From: a virus
IMG/VR virus record: IMGVR_UViG_3300027852_000022
Coordinates: 1 to 41,253 of that record
Length of the DNA: 41,253 nucleotides
Strand: one strand, 5' to 3'
The notes beneath the pieces are model-generated. The model was not told where the DNA came from. It was given only the letters and a program-made list of their open reading frames with translations, and did no database searches. Below, piece after piece: positions 6,534-14,738 of the stretch (its first letter is position 1; the number at the start of each line of letters is the position of its first letter). The translations under genes and the position numbers were made by a program.

Positions 6534-6821
6534 ATGACTGTCGCGAAAGTCGAAGGCGATCAAATCGTGATCCGCATACCAATCGGGGCTCTGATCTATC
6601 AGCCTGAGCCGCGCGGATTTCTCATCACCCATCCCACCCTGTTTGCCCCTCATGTAGCACGAGAAATCAGTGGCGAAGACATGGCCGAGCGCCCATGGAT
6701 CGAACCTCTGGTAGAGGCCGCAATCGTCCGCGCTGCTGAGGCCGATGCGCCCGGCATCAGATGGGATGATGCTAGCGCCGACGATCAAGCGCTGCACGAA
6801 GCGGACAACGAGATCAGCTGA
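6534..6821 (+). CDS. Hypothetical protein (95 aa)
   Basis: AAAGGAGG SD 6 nt before the ATG. Acidic C-terminus. Confidence 0.75.
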   Translation: MTVAKVEGDQIVIRIPIGALIYQPEPRGFLITHPTLFAPHVAREISGEDMAERPWIEPLVEAAIVRAAEADAPGIRWDDASADDQALHEADNEIS

Positions 6822-6823
6822 TC

Positions 6824-7987
6824 ATGTCACAGCGCCCCACATACTCTCTGGATGAAATCAAATCCATGCTGCTGGACCAGCTCGACGGCGTGGTGGCGCA
6901 ATACGCGCCGCCGGCCAAAGGCTCCTACACGGCATTTGGCAAGTATTTCACCCTGAACCCCGGCCGCGCGGATCGCTCGGTCGGGAGCTTCTGCGTCACG
7001 ATGACAGGCGCAGATGCGGGGCGCTGGAATGACTATGCCGTCGGCAGTGTACCCGGCAAGGGATATGGCGACGTGCTCGATCTGATCGCTCTGTCGCTGG
7101 ACTGTGACCTTGCCCAGGCGGTGCGCGAGGCCCGTTCATTTCTTGGCCTGCGGTCAGACAGCCCCGAAGACATCGCGCGGCGTAAAGAAGCGGTGCGCAA
7201 AGCTGCCGTGCGCCGATCCAAAGCCGAAGCAGAAGATCGAGCGCGCAAACGGGCGCGAAGTGCTCAGGCGCAGGCGATCTGGCTGGGTGGTCAAGAGCGC
7301 ATCGCCGACACGCCGGTGGAGTTCTACCTGCGCGATCAGCGCTGCATCGATCTGCGCGCGCTAGGCCGCCAGCCGCGGGTTCTGCGTTTTGTGCCCGAGT
7401 GCAGCTATTACCACGAGGATCCAAAGACCGGCGAGGTGTTCGAAGGCAGCTATCCTGCAATGGTCGCGATGGCCACGAACCAGCGGGGCGAGAACGTAGC
7501 CGTCCACCGCACCTATCTGGCACGCGATGCCCAGGGCCGCTGGAACAAAGCCCCCGTGCCGGCCGCGAAGAAGGTTCTGGGTGAATACCACGGCTCCGCG
7601 ATCCACATCTGGAAAGGCATTGGACCGCGTGGCGGCAAGCCGGTGGGCCTGCGCCATGCACCTGCGGGCACGCATCTCTTCATGGCCGAAGGCATCGAGG
7701 ACGCACTGTCGATCGTGATGCTGAAGCCAGAGGCCCGCGTGTTGGCGGCAATATCTCTCGGGAACCTCGGCTTTGTCGCCCTGCCCGACACGGTGACTGA
7801 TCTGACGCTGGTCGCCGACCTCGATGACAATGACACCGCCCGCGAGCAGCTGGAGCGCGCCGTCGCGCAGCACCAGAAGGCTGGCCGCCGGGTGAAGCTG
7901 TTTCAGAACCGCTGGGGCGGCAAGGATTTGAACGACGCTCTGCGCGCCTCGGCCGCAGGACATGAGCAAGGAAAGGAAGCTGGATGA
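6824..7987 (+). CDS. Toprim-domain primase-like replication protein (387 aa)
   Basis: Toprim-type acidic motifs FMAEGIEDALS and LVADLDDNDTA. The N-terminus (NPGRADRSVGSF...GRWNDYA...GDVLDLIA) looks like a cysteine-less version of the P4-alpha-type zinc-ribbon region. Confidence 0.7.
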   Translation: MSQRPTYSLDEIKSMLLDQLDGVVAQYAPPAKGSYTAFGKYFTLNPGRADRSVGSFCVTMTGADAGRWNDYAVGSVPGKGYGDVLDLIALSLDCDLAQAVREARSFLGLRSDSPEDIARRKEAVRKAAVRRSKAEAEDRARKRARSAQAQAIWLGGQERIADTPVEFYLRDQRCIDLRALGRQPRVLRFVPECSYYHEDPKTGEVFEGSYPAMVAMATNQRGENVAVHRTYLARDAQGRWNKAPVPAAKKVLGEYHGSAIHIWKGIGPRGGKPVGLRHAPAGTHLFMAEGIEDALSIVMLKPEARVLAAISLGNLGFVALPDTVTDLTLVADLDDNDTAREQLERAVAQHQKAGRRVKLFQNRWGGKDLNDALRASAAGHEQGKEAG

Positions 7988-8202
7988 ATGCCCTCTTAGC
8001 AGCCAACACACTGGAGGTCGGAAACTGCGGTCCAGACTGCGACTGCCAATCCATTCACTTGGTCATGAACGACGCTGGCGGCGATGGTTTCGCGGCCGCC
8101 TCGATGCAGCCTGAGACCGCGCGCCGTGTGGCGGCCGATCTTGTGAAATGCGCTGACCTTGCCGAAGCGCAGCAGCTTAAAAATCAGGGGCGGATGACAT
8201 GA
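7984..8202 (+). CDS. Hypothetical protein (72 aa)
   Basis: ATGA overlaps at both ends, so it is coupled within the replication operon. Confidence 0.6.
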   Translation: MNALLAANTLEVGNCGPDCDCQSIHLVMNDAGGDGFAAASMQPETARRVAADLVKCADLAEAQQLKNQGRMT

Positions 8203-8483
8203 ACTTTCGCACAGAAATCCGCCTTGGCCGCTACGGCGTTGCCTTTGGACACGGCAGTTGGGCCGGGATCGATCACCTCGGCCTAATGCATCCGCACTTC
8301 AAGGAAAAGGATGTGCTCGATCGCCAGTTCTACGCCAGCGCAATGGGCCTGCTGGACAAGGCCTTGCAGGCGTCGCGCACCCTCGCACCCGGTCCCTACG
8401 GAGACAAGAAGAGCGCCCGCCGGCGCAAGTTTTGCGATCGCGTTGCCTCGGTCGCCAATGAATTGGAGGCACAACAGACGTGA
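8199..8483 (+). CDS. Hypothetical protein (94 aa)
   Basis: ATGA overlap upstream and GTGA overlap downstream. Confidence 0.6.
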   Translation: MNFRTEIRLGRYGVAFGHGSWAGIDHLGLMHPHFKEKDVLDRQFYASAMGLLDKALQASRTLAPGPYGDKKSARRRKFCDRVASVANELEAQQT

Positions 8484-10453
8484 CAGAACAGGCAAGCAAC
8501 GACGAGTGGTTGGGCAATCAGGATCGTGCCAGTTACCGCAAAGCCCCGAACCGCCCTACTAAAGACGAGCTGCGCGATGCATTGGACAATGCACCTGAAG
8601 CTCCTCGGGCAGAGGACAGCGCTGGTGGCGGTGGCGACACCCCGCCCCCGCCGGGACAGCCCCCCGAAGACGGGGATCGCAGCTATCGAGGCCGCCCCAA
8701 AGGGGAAATCTACGATGGCTGCCCGGTCACGCCGTTGGGCGTGCGCGGAGACCACCACTATTTTCTTGACGTGCTCGGCCAGATGCGTGGCGCCAAGAAG
8801 CTGGAAGGTCAGTTCATGCAGTCGCTTTTCGGCCATCAGATCCCCAAGCTGTGTTTCAACTTCGCCCAGTGGGAATACAAGGGCGACAGTTGGGTGCGCA
8901 AACCCGGCCGCTTTGACGCCTACAAGGCCAGCATGGCGATGTATGAGGCGACGTCGGAGCTGGGTGTCTTTAACCCGCTCAACGACGTGCGCGGCGTTGG
9001 TGCCTGGACGGATGACGACGGCCGGCTGATCTATCACGCCGGTGACGCGGTGCTGGTGCGCGGCGAGAAGAAACGCCCCGGCAAGGTGGGCAAGCATATC
9101 TATCCCGCACAGCCCCCGATCCCGCACCCTGATGAAGCCGATGAAGCCCCTGATCCGGTGCCCGAGATATTGAAAACGGTCGAGACCTGGAACTGGGCAG
9201 TGCCTGATGTGCATCCGTTCATTTCCCTGGGCATGATCGCAACGCAGATGATGTGTGGTGCCCTCGATTGGCGGCCGGTCTTCTGGCTGGTTGCGCCGGC
9301 TGCCTCGGGCAAGTCTGAGTTCCAAAAGCTGATCAAGCTGCTGCACGGCGATGACGGCCTTGTGCAGACCACTGACGCCACCAAATCGGGCATCACGTCG
9401 AAGCTGGGGCAGTCGAGCCTGCCAGTGGCCGTCGATGAGCTCGAACCCGGCGATGAGCGGTCAACAAAGGAACGGGACATTATCGCTCTCGCACGGGTCG
9501 CGGCATCCGGCGGCGAATGGTTTCGCGGGTCGGCCGACCAGACAGGCGTGGGCGGCAAGGTCTATTCAGCTTTCCTCTTCAGCTCGATCCTGATCCCCGG
9601 TGTGATGAAAACACAGGACGTCCAGCGTCTGATCCGGTTGGAGATGAAACCGCTCGATAAGGGCGCGGCCAAGCTGAACTTGCAGCCCCGCACATGGCGG
9701 GCACGCGGCGCGCGCCTGAAGAAGCTGCTGATCGATCGGTGGGACAGCTGGCCTGACCGCATGTCCGCGTGGCGTCACGCACTGGAGCATGAAGGTGTTA
9801 TGGGCCGCGATGCCGACAACTGGGGCACAGTCCTCGCGATGGCGGATATGGCCAGCCAGGCCGACATCGCAACGGATGATGTCATGGCCAGCTGGGCCAA
9901 AAAGATCGCCTTCATCGCCAACGCCGATAGGGAAGACACGGTGAACGATGCCGATGCCATGCTGTTGCACCTCATGGGTCAGCAGTATGATCCCTACCGA
10001 AAAGGTCAGCAGTACAACATCGCCCAGTGGGTGATGGGCGCGGCTGGCCTGCCTGGCACGCCAGAGGGGCTCCGACATCCGGACGATGAAGGCCACAGCA
10101 GCCTGCGCATCACCCAGCAGCGGTGTAACACCCAGCTGGCCAGCGTCGGCCTGCGCGTCAGCGGCACCGGCGAAGAGGCGCAGCTGTTCATCGCCAACCA
10201 GCAGCTTCAGCAGCTGAAGGACCTGTTCCGAAACTCAGACTGGGCCGGCGGTGTCTGGAAACAATCCGCGTCCCGCGTGCCGGGTGCCACACCAACCCCG
10301 CACCCTCTCACCTTGGCCGGTATTCGATCACGCGGCTACCTGATGCCGATCAAGTCGATCCCGGGCCTGACCAGCTTCCCGATGGACCGTGAGCGCGCCG
10401 ATGGTGTTGTGGGCACACCGGTCACCAAGCAAGACGTGGACGATTGGGGCTAA
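8480..10453 (+). CDS. P-loop replicative helicase / P4-alpha- or D5-like (SF3-type) NTPase (657 aa)
   Basis: Walker A VAPAASGKSE and Walker B LPVAVDELEP. Large protein directly after the Toprim gene. C-terminal putative DNA-binding domain (HPLTLAGIRSRGYLMP). Confidence 0.7.
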   Translation: MTEQASNDEWLGNQDRASYRKAPNRPTKDELRDALDNAPEAPRAEDSAGGGGDTPPPPGQPPEDGDRSYRGRPKGEIYDGCPVTPLGVRGDHHYFLDVLGQMRGAKKLEGQFMQSLFGHQIPKLCFNFAQWEYKGDSWVRKPGRFDAYKASMAMYEATSELGVFNPLNDVRGVGAWTDDDGRLIYHAGDAVLVRGEKKRPGKVGKHIYPAQPPIPHPDEADEAPDPVPEILKTVETWNWAVPDVHPFISLGMIATQMMCGALDWRPVFWLVAPAASGKSEFQKLIKLLHGDDGLVQTTDATKSGITSKLGQSSLPVAVDELEPGDERSTKERDIIALARVAASGGEWFRGSADQTGVGGKVYSAFLFSSILIPGVMKTQDVQRLIRLEMKPLDKGAAKLNLQPRTWRARGARLKKLLIDRWDSWPDRMSAWRHALEHEGVMGRDADNWGTVLAMADMASQADIATDDVMASWAKKIAFIANADREDTVNDADAMLLHLMGQQYDPYRKGQQYNIAQWVMGAAGLPGTPEGLRHPDDEGHSSLRITQQRCNTQLASVGLRVSGTGEEAQLFIANQQLQQLKDLFRNSDWAGGVWKQSASRVPGATPTPHPLTLAGIRSRGYLMPIKSIPGLTSFPMDRERADGVVGTPVTKQDVDDWG

Positions 10454-10568
10454 GATGATGAACACTATGATCAACCACTTGAATTCGCGTCATTCTTTGC
10501 GCTTCCCCCGCACCCGCTGGGATGCCATTATCTACGCGCGACGAGGGCCGCAGACCATGGGTCAGGGG

Positions 10569-10849
10569 CACAACGGCGCACAAAATGAAAAACCCGGCGT
10601 TGTGCCCTCTGTTGTGGGCAAAAGACGTTTAACTACAGCGGGTTACCCTCTACCCACAACGCCACAACGCCAAACTGGACCCCTCTCGTGTGTGTGCACG
10701 CACGCGTGCGCGCGTACGAGAGCAACTCCGTTTTTCCGTTGTGGCGTTGTGACTAAACCTTATGACATTGATATATATAGAGAAAGAGGCACAACGCTAC
10801 CCACAACGCTAGGCCAAAAGGGCCTAAAACCGTTGTGGGTAGCGTTGTG
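10569..10849. repeat. Iteron array with two nested palindromes flanking an AT-rich segment: putative replication origin (alternative: terminase recognition site)
   Basis: Ten copies of CACAACG/CGTTGTG, at 10569, 10598, 10655, 10663, 10737, 10745, 10790, 10802, 10831 and 10843. A 15-bp inverted pair at 10655-10669 / 10737-10751. A perfect 19-bp inverted pair at 10790-10808 / 10831-10849. An AT-rich block of about 29% GC at 10752-10789. Confidence 0.55.
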
Positions 10850-10896
10850 GGCAGCACTTAACCCCCTGTTATCTAATAAAAAAGGGGTTTTTGAGC

Positions 10897-11565
10897 ATGG
10901 CTAAGCCCAAGAATTCTTTCGAAGTCATGGCTCGGACCGCTGCTGAGCGTCTGGACAAGGTTCGCGATGCTGGTGAGCAGCTGACCTTCCTCCCAGATGA
11001 GCGCGGCAGCGCAGTTGACCTGGTGGAGGACAAGCCGGTCGGCCGTCCCAAGGGTGCCAAGGGCAAGGTGAACAACCAGATGCGCGACTGGCTCGCTGCT
11101 CAGGGCTATTCGATGCCGGAAGACGTGCTGGCGCAGATGGCTGGGCTGGCATCGAGCGGCGATGCCGTGATGGCAGCCATGGAGCGCGCCGAGCTGGTGC
11201 TCGCCTGGGCCTTCGACGGCGCGACCCAGAAGGTAAAGGGTGGCGGCACCAAGCCTGTCGTGCCCGGTGCTGGCACGCGGCTATCGACCTTCATCCAGCT
11301 CTACACGATCCAGCTGCGCGCAGCTGACGCCCTGCTGCCCTACGGCGCACCAAAGGCGACGCCGGACGTCAGCGTCCAGCAGTCGGTCGTCGTCAATGTT
11401 CCTTCCGCCCCGAGCACCGCCCATCCGGGCGACAATGCCCGCGTGATCAGCGGTCGATCGGGCGGTCGGATGGTGCCTGCGGACGTGGCTTACAAAGACC
11501 AGCAAAAACAAGAGGTTACCGAAGCGGACAATCCAGCTTCGGACGATGAAAGTCGGACGGAATGA
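10897..11565 (+). CDS. Putative terminase small subunit (222 aa)
   Basis: Position immediately upstream of the large terminase. Basic N-terminal segment PVGRPKGAKGKV typical of TerS DNA-binding regions. ATG 10897 is preferred over TTG 10891. Confidence 0.5.
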   Translation: MAKPKNSFEVMARTAAERLDKVRDAGEQLTFLPDERGSAVDLVEDKPVGRPKGAKGKVNNQMRDWLAAQGYSMPEDVLAQMAGLASSGDAVMAAMERAELVLAWAFDGATQKVKGGGTKPVVPGAGTRLSTFIQLYTIQLRAADALLPYGAPKATPDVSVQQSVVVNVPSAPSTAHPGDNARVISGRSGGRMVPADVAYKDQQKQEVTEADNPASDDESRTE

Positions 11566-11774
11566 ACAAAGCATTGAAACAAAAGAGAAAAGCTGTGCCT
11601 TTCTCACTGATTGAAAATCATTTGGATAGCGCTTCTGCCGGGGCGATCTGCGAGACGTCCGCGCTGCTGGCCGCCGCCGCCGCGACCCCCCGGGGGGAGG
11701 TCCCGCGCTCTGTCTCTATGGCCCTCTCTCCGACCCCATTCAGCCTTTTGGCCCATCCGGAGGTTTCAGAATGA
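11562..11774 (+). CDS. Small hypothetical protein (70 aa)
   Basis: ATGA overlaps with both neighbours. Composition is only moderately protein-like. Confidence 0.4.
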   Translation: MNKALKQKRKAVPFSLIENHLDSASAGAICETSALLAAAAATPRGEVPRSVSMALSPTPFSLLAHPEVSE

Positions 11775-13558
11775 ACGCGATTGTCGGATTTGATGGATGG
11801 GGTTGGGGGAGAACCTGTTCCCCTGCCCATGAAGGGGTTGGGGGGAATGCGCCTCTTTCGGGCTCAAAGCTCGGACTGACAGATGAACAGATTGACGCCC
11901 TGGCGGGGCAGTCGGCGAAAGAGGCAATTGACAGCCTAGAGGGCGAATTCGCCAGTGGCAACCTGCCGGATGTCGAGACGGTCACTTTTCCGGGTCCGAT
12001 CTCTGAGGCGTTCTACTGGTCCAATGCCGACGTCTGCGGCATCCAAGGGCCGGTAGGCTCGGGCAAGACCACCACGCTGATGAAATCGCGCCTACGTCGC
12101 GCGATCGAGATGCCACGGTCCACAATCGACGGTGTGCGGCGCTACAAGGTGCTGTTCATCCGCGAAACCTATCGCCAGCTGTGGTCGACCTCGATCCCAT
12201 CCTATCTGGAAACCTTCCCAAAGGAGCTTGGAAAATGGTCAGGTGGCCGGGGCGACCCGGTGACCCATGTGATCCATTTCGAAGATGATCATGGGCCAAT
12301 CGAGTTCGTCGCCGAGTTTATGGCCTTTGGTGATGACATCGTCGCATCGATGCGCGGCGTGCAAACCACCGATATCGTGCTGAACGAAAGCGATACTATG
12401 CCGGTGGAAATCCTAACCGTCGGCATTGGCCGGATCGACCGTTGGCCCGCCCGTCAGCATTTTGAAGGGCTCCCGATCCATCTGCGCGGTTACGGCCAGA
12501 TTGTCGGCGACTTTAACGCGCCGGATGAGGACAACTGGACTTTTGAGGTTTTCCACGACGAAGAAAAACGCAGGCTGTTGCTTGATGCGTTGTCGGCCGA
12601 CCTGCCGGATGGCGCGAAACAGATCGAGATCAAGTTCTACAACCAGCCGGGCTACGGCATGGACGGCTGCGAGAACATGCAGAACCTCTCGCCGACCTAC
12701 TACCAGCGCCAGATCGCGACACAGCGACTGGCTGGGCGTGGCGACATGGTCGATCGGTTGGTTTACAACAAGGTTACCTACCTGCGCGTGGGCGATCCGG
12801 TCTGGAAGCGCGAGTTCAGCCGTCGTGTGCACGTCAGCGACACCCCATTGCAGCCTGTTCAGGGCATTCCCCTACGCATCGGCCTCGATCAGGGCTTCAA
12901 AGGTGCAGCGGTGATCGCGCAATGCCTTGAGGACTACCGTTGGCGCATCTACGCCGAGCTGCATTTCCCCGAAGAGCGGCTGATGGCCGCCGTGTTTGGC
13001 AATCGCCTCGCGGATCTTCTCGATGAACGGTTCAGCGGGTTCCGTGTCGAGGCGGGCTGGGGCGACATGGCCGGGGAGCACGGTGCCTCCCAGGCGGCGG
13101 ACGAGAACGCGACGTGGAACCTGATGGTTGGCAAGGCTGCGGGTTTCTACATCCGACCTCAGCGGATCGGCACCAACCGCATCACGCCGCGTCTGGAAGC
13201 GGTTCGCGCGGCGCTGGAAGCTCCTCTGACGCGCGGTGAGCCCGGTTTGCTGATCGACCCCTCCTGCAAGTTCCTAATTCGTGGTTTTGCGGCTCGCTAC
13301 GTCTGGACTGAAGAGACCAACAAGAGCGGCGACAAACGCAAGGTGCCCGATAAGAGCTTCACCGAAGCCAACGTGCATGACGGGCTGCAGTACCTGCTCC
13401 TGAGCGAACACCAGGCGGACGGCACCAGCCCCTACGCCAAGAAAATGCCCGACACCGACAGACGTGGTCAACTGGGCCACAACGGAGGGCCGCCCCTGTC
13501 GGGGAATATCGGCGGCCTGCAAACCGGTTGGGACATTACCAACCCTTATGGAGCGTGA
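11771..13558 (+). CDS. terL: Terminase large subunit (595 aa)
   Basis: Walker A GPVGSGKTT, Walker B-like DIVLNESD, and size and position typical of TerL. Confidence 0.85.
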   Translation: MNAIVGFDGWGWGRTCSPAHEGVGGNAPLSGSKLGLTDEQIDALAGQSAKEAIDSLEGEFASGNLPDVETVTFPGPISEAFYWSNADVCGIQGPVGSGKTTTLMKSRLRRAIEMPRSTIDGVRRYKVLFIRETYRQLWSTSIPSYLETFPKELGKWSGGRGDPVTHVIHFEDDHGPIEFVAEFMAFGDDIVASMRGVQTTDIVLNESDTMPVEILTVGIGRIDRWPARQHFEGLPIHLRGYGQIVGDFNAPDEDNWTFEVFHDEEKRRLLLDALSADLPDGAKQIEIKFYNQPGYGMDGCENMQNLSPTYYQRQIATQRLAGRGDMVDRLVYNKVTYLRVGDPVWKREFSRRVHVSDTPLQPVQGIPLRIGLDQGFKGAAVIAQCLEDYRWRIYAELHFPEERLMAAVFGNRLADLLDERFSGFRVEAGWGDMAGEHGASQAADENATWNLMVGKAAGFYIRPQRIGTNRITPRLEAVRAALEAPLTRGEPGLLIDPSCKFLIRGFAARYVWTEETNKSGDKRKVPDKSFTEANVHDGLQYLLLSEHQADGTSPYAKKMPDTDRRGQLGHNGGPPLSGNIGGLQTGWDITNPYGA

Positions 13559-13562
13559 GAGC

Positions 13563-14012
13563 ATGAGCAAGACAGACCAAAAGGCAGCCGAAGCCAAAAT
13601 CGACGAAAAAAAGAAAGCAGCTGAAGAAAAAGCTGCATCGGACGCCAAGGCAGCTGAAGAAAAAAAAGCGGCTGAAGAAAAAGCTGCAGCCGAGACAAAA
13701 GCCGCCGAGGAAAAAAAGGCAGCTGACGAAAAAGCTGCTGCCGAGGCGAAGCCGACCGAAGAGCCGGTGCAGATCGACAAACAGCGTGTCCAAGACCTAA
13801 TCAGTCAAATCGAAAACCGCCAAGGCCACCAGATCATGGATTTGGTCCACCGGTTCGAGCAGGAAGAAGGCATGCAGATGGCGGAAGGAGATGAAACCGC
13901 CGCGCCGAAGATGACGATGGCCGGTGTTTCGTGCCGCCTGCGCACTGGCCCTGACCAGACCTTGGAAAACTGGGCCAACGCCGCACGGCGCGCCTTGCTG
14001 AAGGCAGCTTAA
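13563..14012 (+). CDS. Lys/Ala/Glu repeat protein (149 aa)
   Basis: ATG 13563 after GGAG. The N-terminal 60 aa are KAAEEK-type repeats (AAEEKAASDAKAAEEKKAAEEKAAAETKAAEEKKAADEKAAAEAK), followed by a non-repetitive C-terminal domain. Confidence 0.7.
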   Translation: MSKTDQKAAEAKIDEKKKAAEEKAASDAKAAEEKKAAEEKAAAETKAAEEKKAADEKAAAEAKPTEEPVQIDKQRVQDLISQIENRQGHQIMDLVHRFEQEEGMQMAEGDETAAPKMTMAGVSCRLRTGPDQTLENWANAARRALLKAA

Positions 14013-14015
14013 GCT

Positions 14016-14549
14016 ATGAGAGCCTCACCACCCGTGCTGGTCCAACCTTACAGCGATCATGCGGCTATGAACGTGCTGTCGCGGTTGGACGTGATGGATC
14101 ACATCGAGGCCGAGCAGATGCGCGGTCGCCCGATCTCGCATCTCGAATTGTTCGCTGACTGGCGCGCGATCGAACCAGCACGGGTGGTGTCTTTGGTGCT
14201 CAGCACCGGATCCGAAGCTGCGCCGCAACCTTTTGCGGTTCTCGGTCTTTCCAATACCGGCCAGGCCGGCGTGGCGCAGGCAGCACTCCTCGCCCGCGAC
14301 CATAAGAAGTTCCGGGGGGCACTCATCGGTGCCGCCCGGCACATACGTGCGCAGATGCCCGTATTCTGCGCCGATAATGGCATCTACCGCATCGAAGCGC
14401 GCAGTTGGGCGGGTCACCCCCGTGCAGCGCAGTTCCTGCGCGCCTGTGGCTTTATCCACGAGACCGACATGCCCGGTTTCGGCGGGGCAGCCGCCACCAT
14501 GTTTAGCCAATTCGCCTGGACCCACCCCACCCCCGAGAAGGAAACCTGA
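14016..14549 (+). CDS. Hypothetical head-module protein (177 aa), possible GNAT-like fold
   Basis: IYRIEARSWAGHPRAAQFLRACGFIHE resembles the C-terminal beta-alpha element of GNAT acetyltransferases. This is a weak by-eye call. Confidence 0.6.
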   Translation: MRASPPVLVQPYSDHAAMNVLSRLDVMDHIEAEQMRGRPISHLELFADWRAIEPARVVSLVLSTGSEAAPQPFAVLGLSNTGQAGVAQAALLARDHKKFRGALIGAARHIRAQMPVFCADNGIYRIEARSWAGHPRAAQFLRACGFIHETDMPGFGGAAATMFSQFAWTHPTPEKET

Positions 14550-14552
14550 ACC

Positions 14553-14738
14553 ATGTGTTTTGCACCAAAAGCGCCGAGCATTGCGGCCCCTCGCATCGCA
14601 GCGGCAGATAACCGTGAAGCCACCCAGCAAGCTGACATCGAGGCCCGCCTGCGTAAACGCCGCGCGGGTGCTGCTGCTAACGTCCTTACGAGCAGCGTCG
14701 GCATCCCCTCGACCCCACGTTTGGGTCAACCCGCATGA
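14553..14738 (+). CDS. Small virion-module protein (61 aa)
   Basis: GAGAAGGAAA SD. Its stop overlaps the portal ATG (ATGA). Confidence 0.6.
   Translation: MCFAPKAPSIAAPRIAAADNREATQQADIEARLRKRRAGAAANVLTSSVGIPSTPRLGQPA

Noticed and set aside
10569-10849. Whether the repeated CACAACG block could be a CRISPR array or a tandem satellite.
   Set aside because: The repeat units are only 7-10 nt, occur in both orientations and have irregular spacing of 1-70 nt. There are no 25-40-nt repeat/spacer units, no leader and no cas genes anywhere in the window.
10389-10904. 171-aa plus-strand ORF (or 149 aa from the ATG at 10455) running through the whole helicase-terminase gap.
   Set aside because: It is built from the iterons, the nested palindromes, the 32-nt alternating tract and the AT-rich block. 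Its composition is odd (Thr/Pro/Arg/Gly-rich). An open frame of this length is not surprising at this GC content. I treat the region as non-coding.
13274-13780. 168-aa minus-strand ORF with AAFSSAAFFSSAA repeats, and the 13536-13793 ORF.
   Set aside because: These are mirror images of the plus-strand KAAEEK repeat region and the terminase 3' end. They are an artefact of the repeat being open in several frames.
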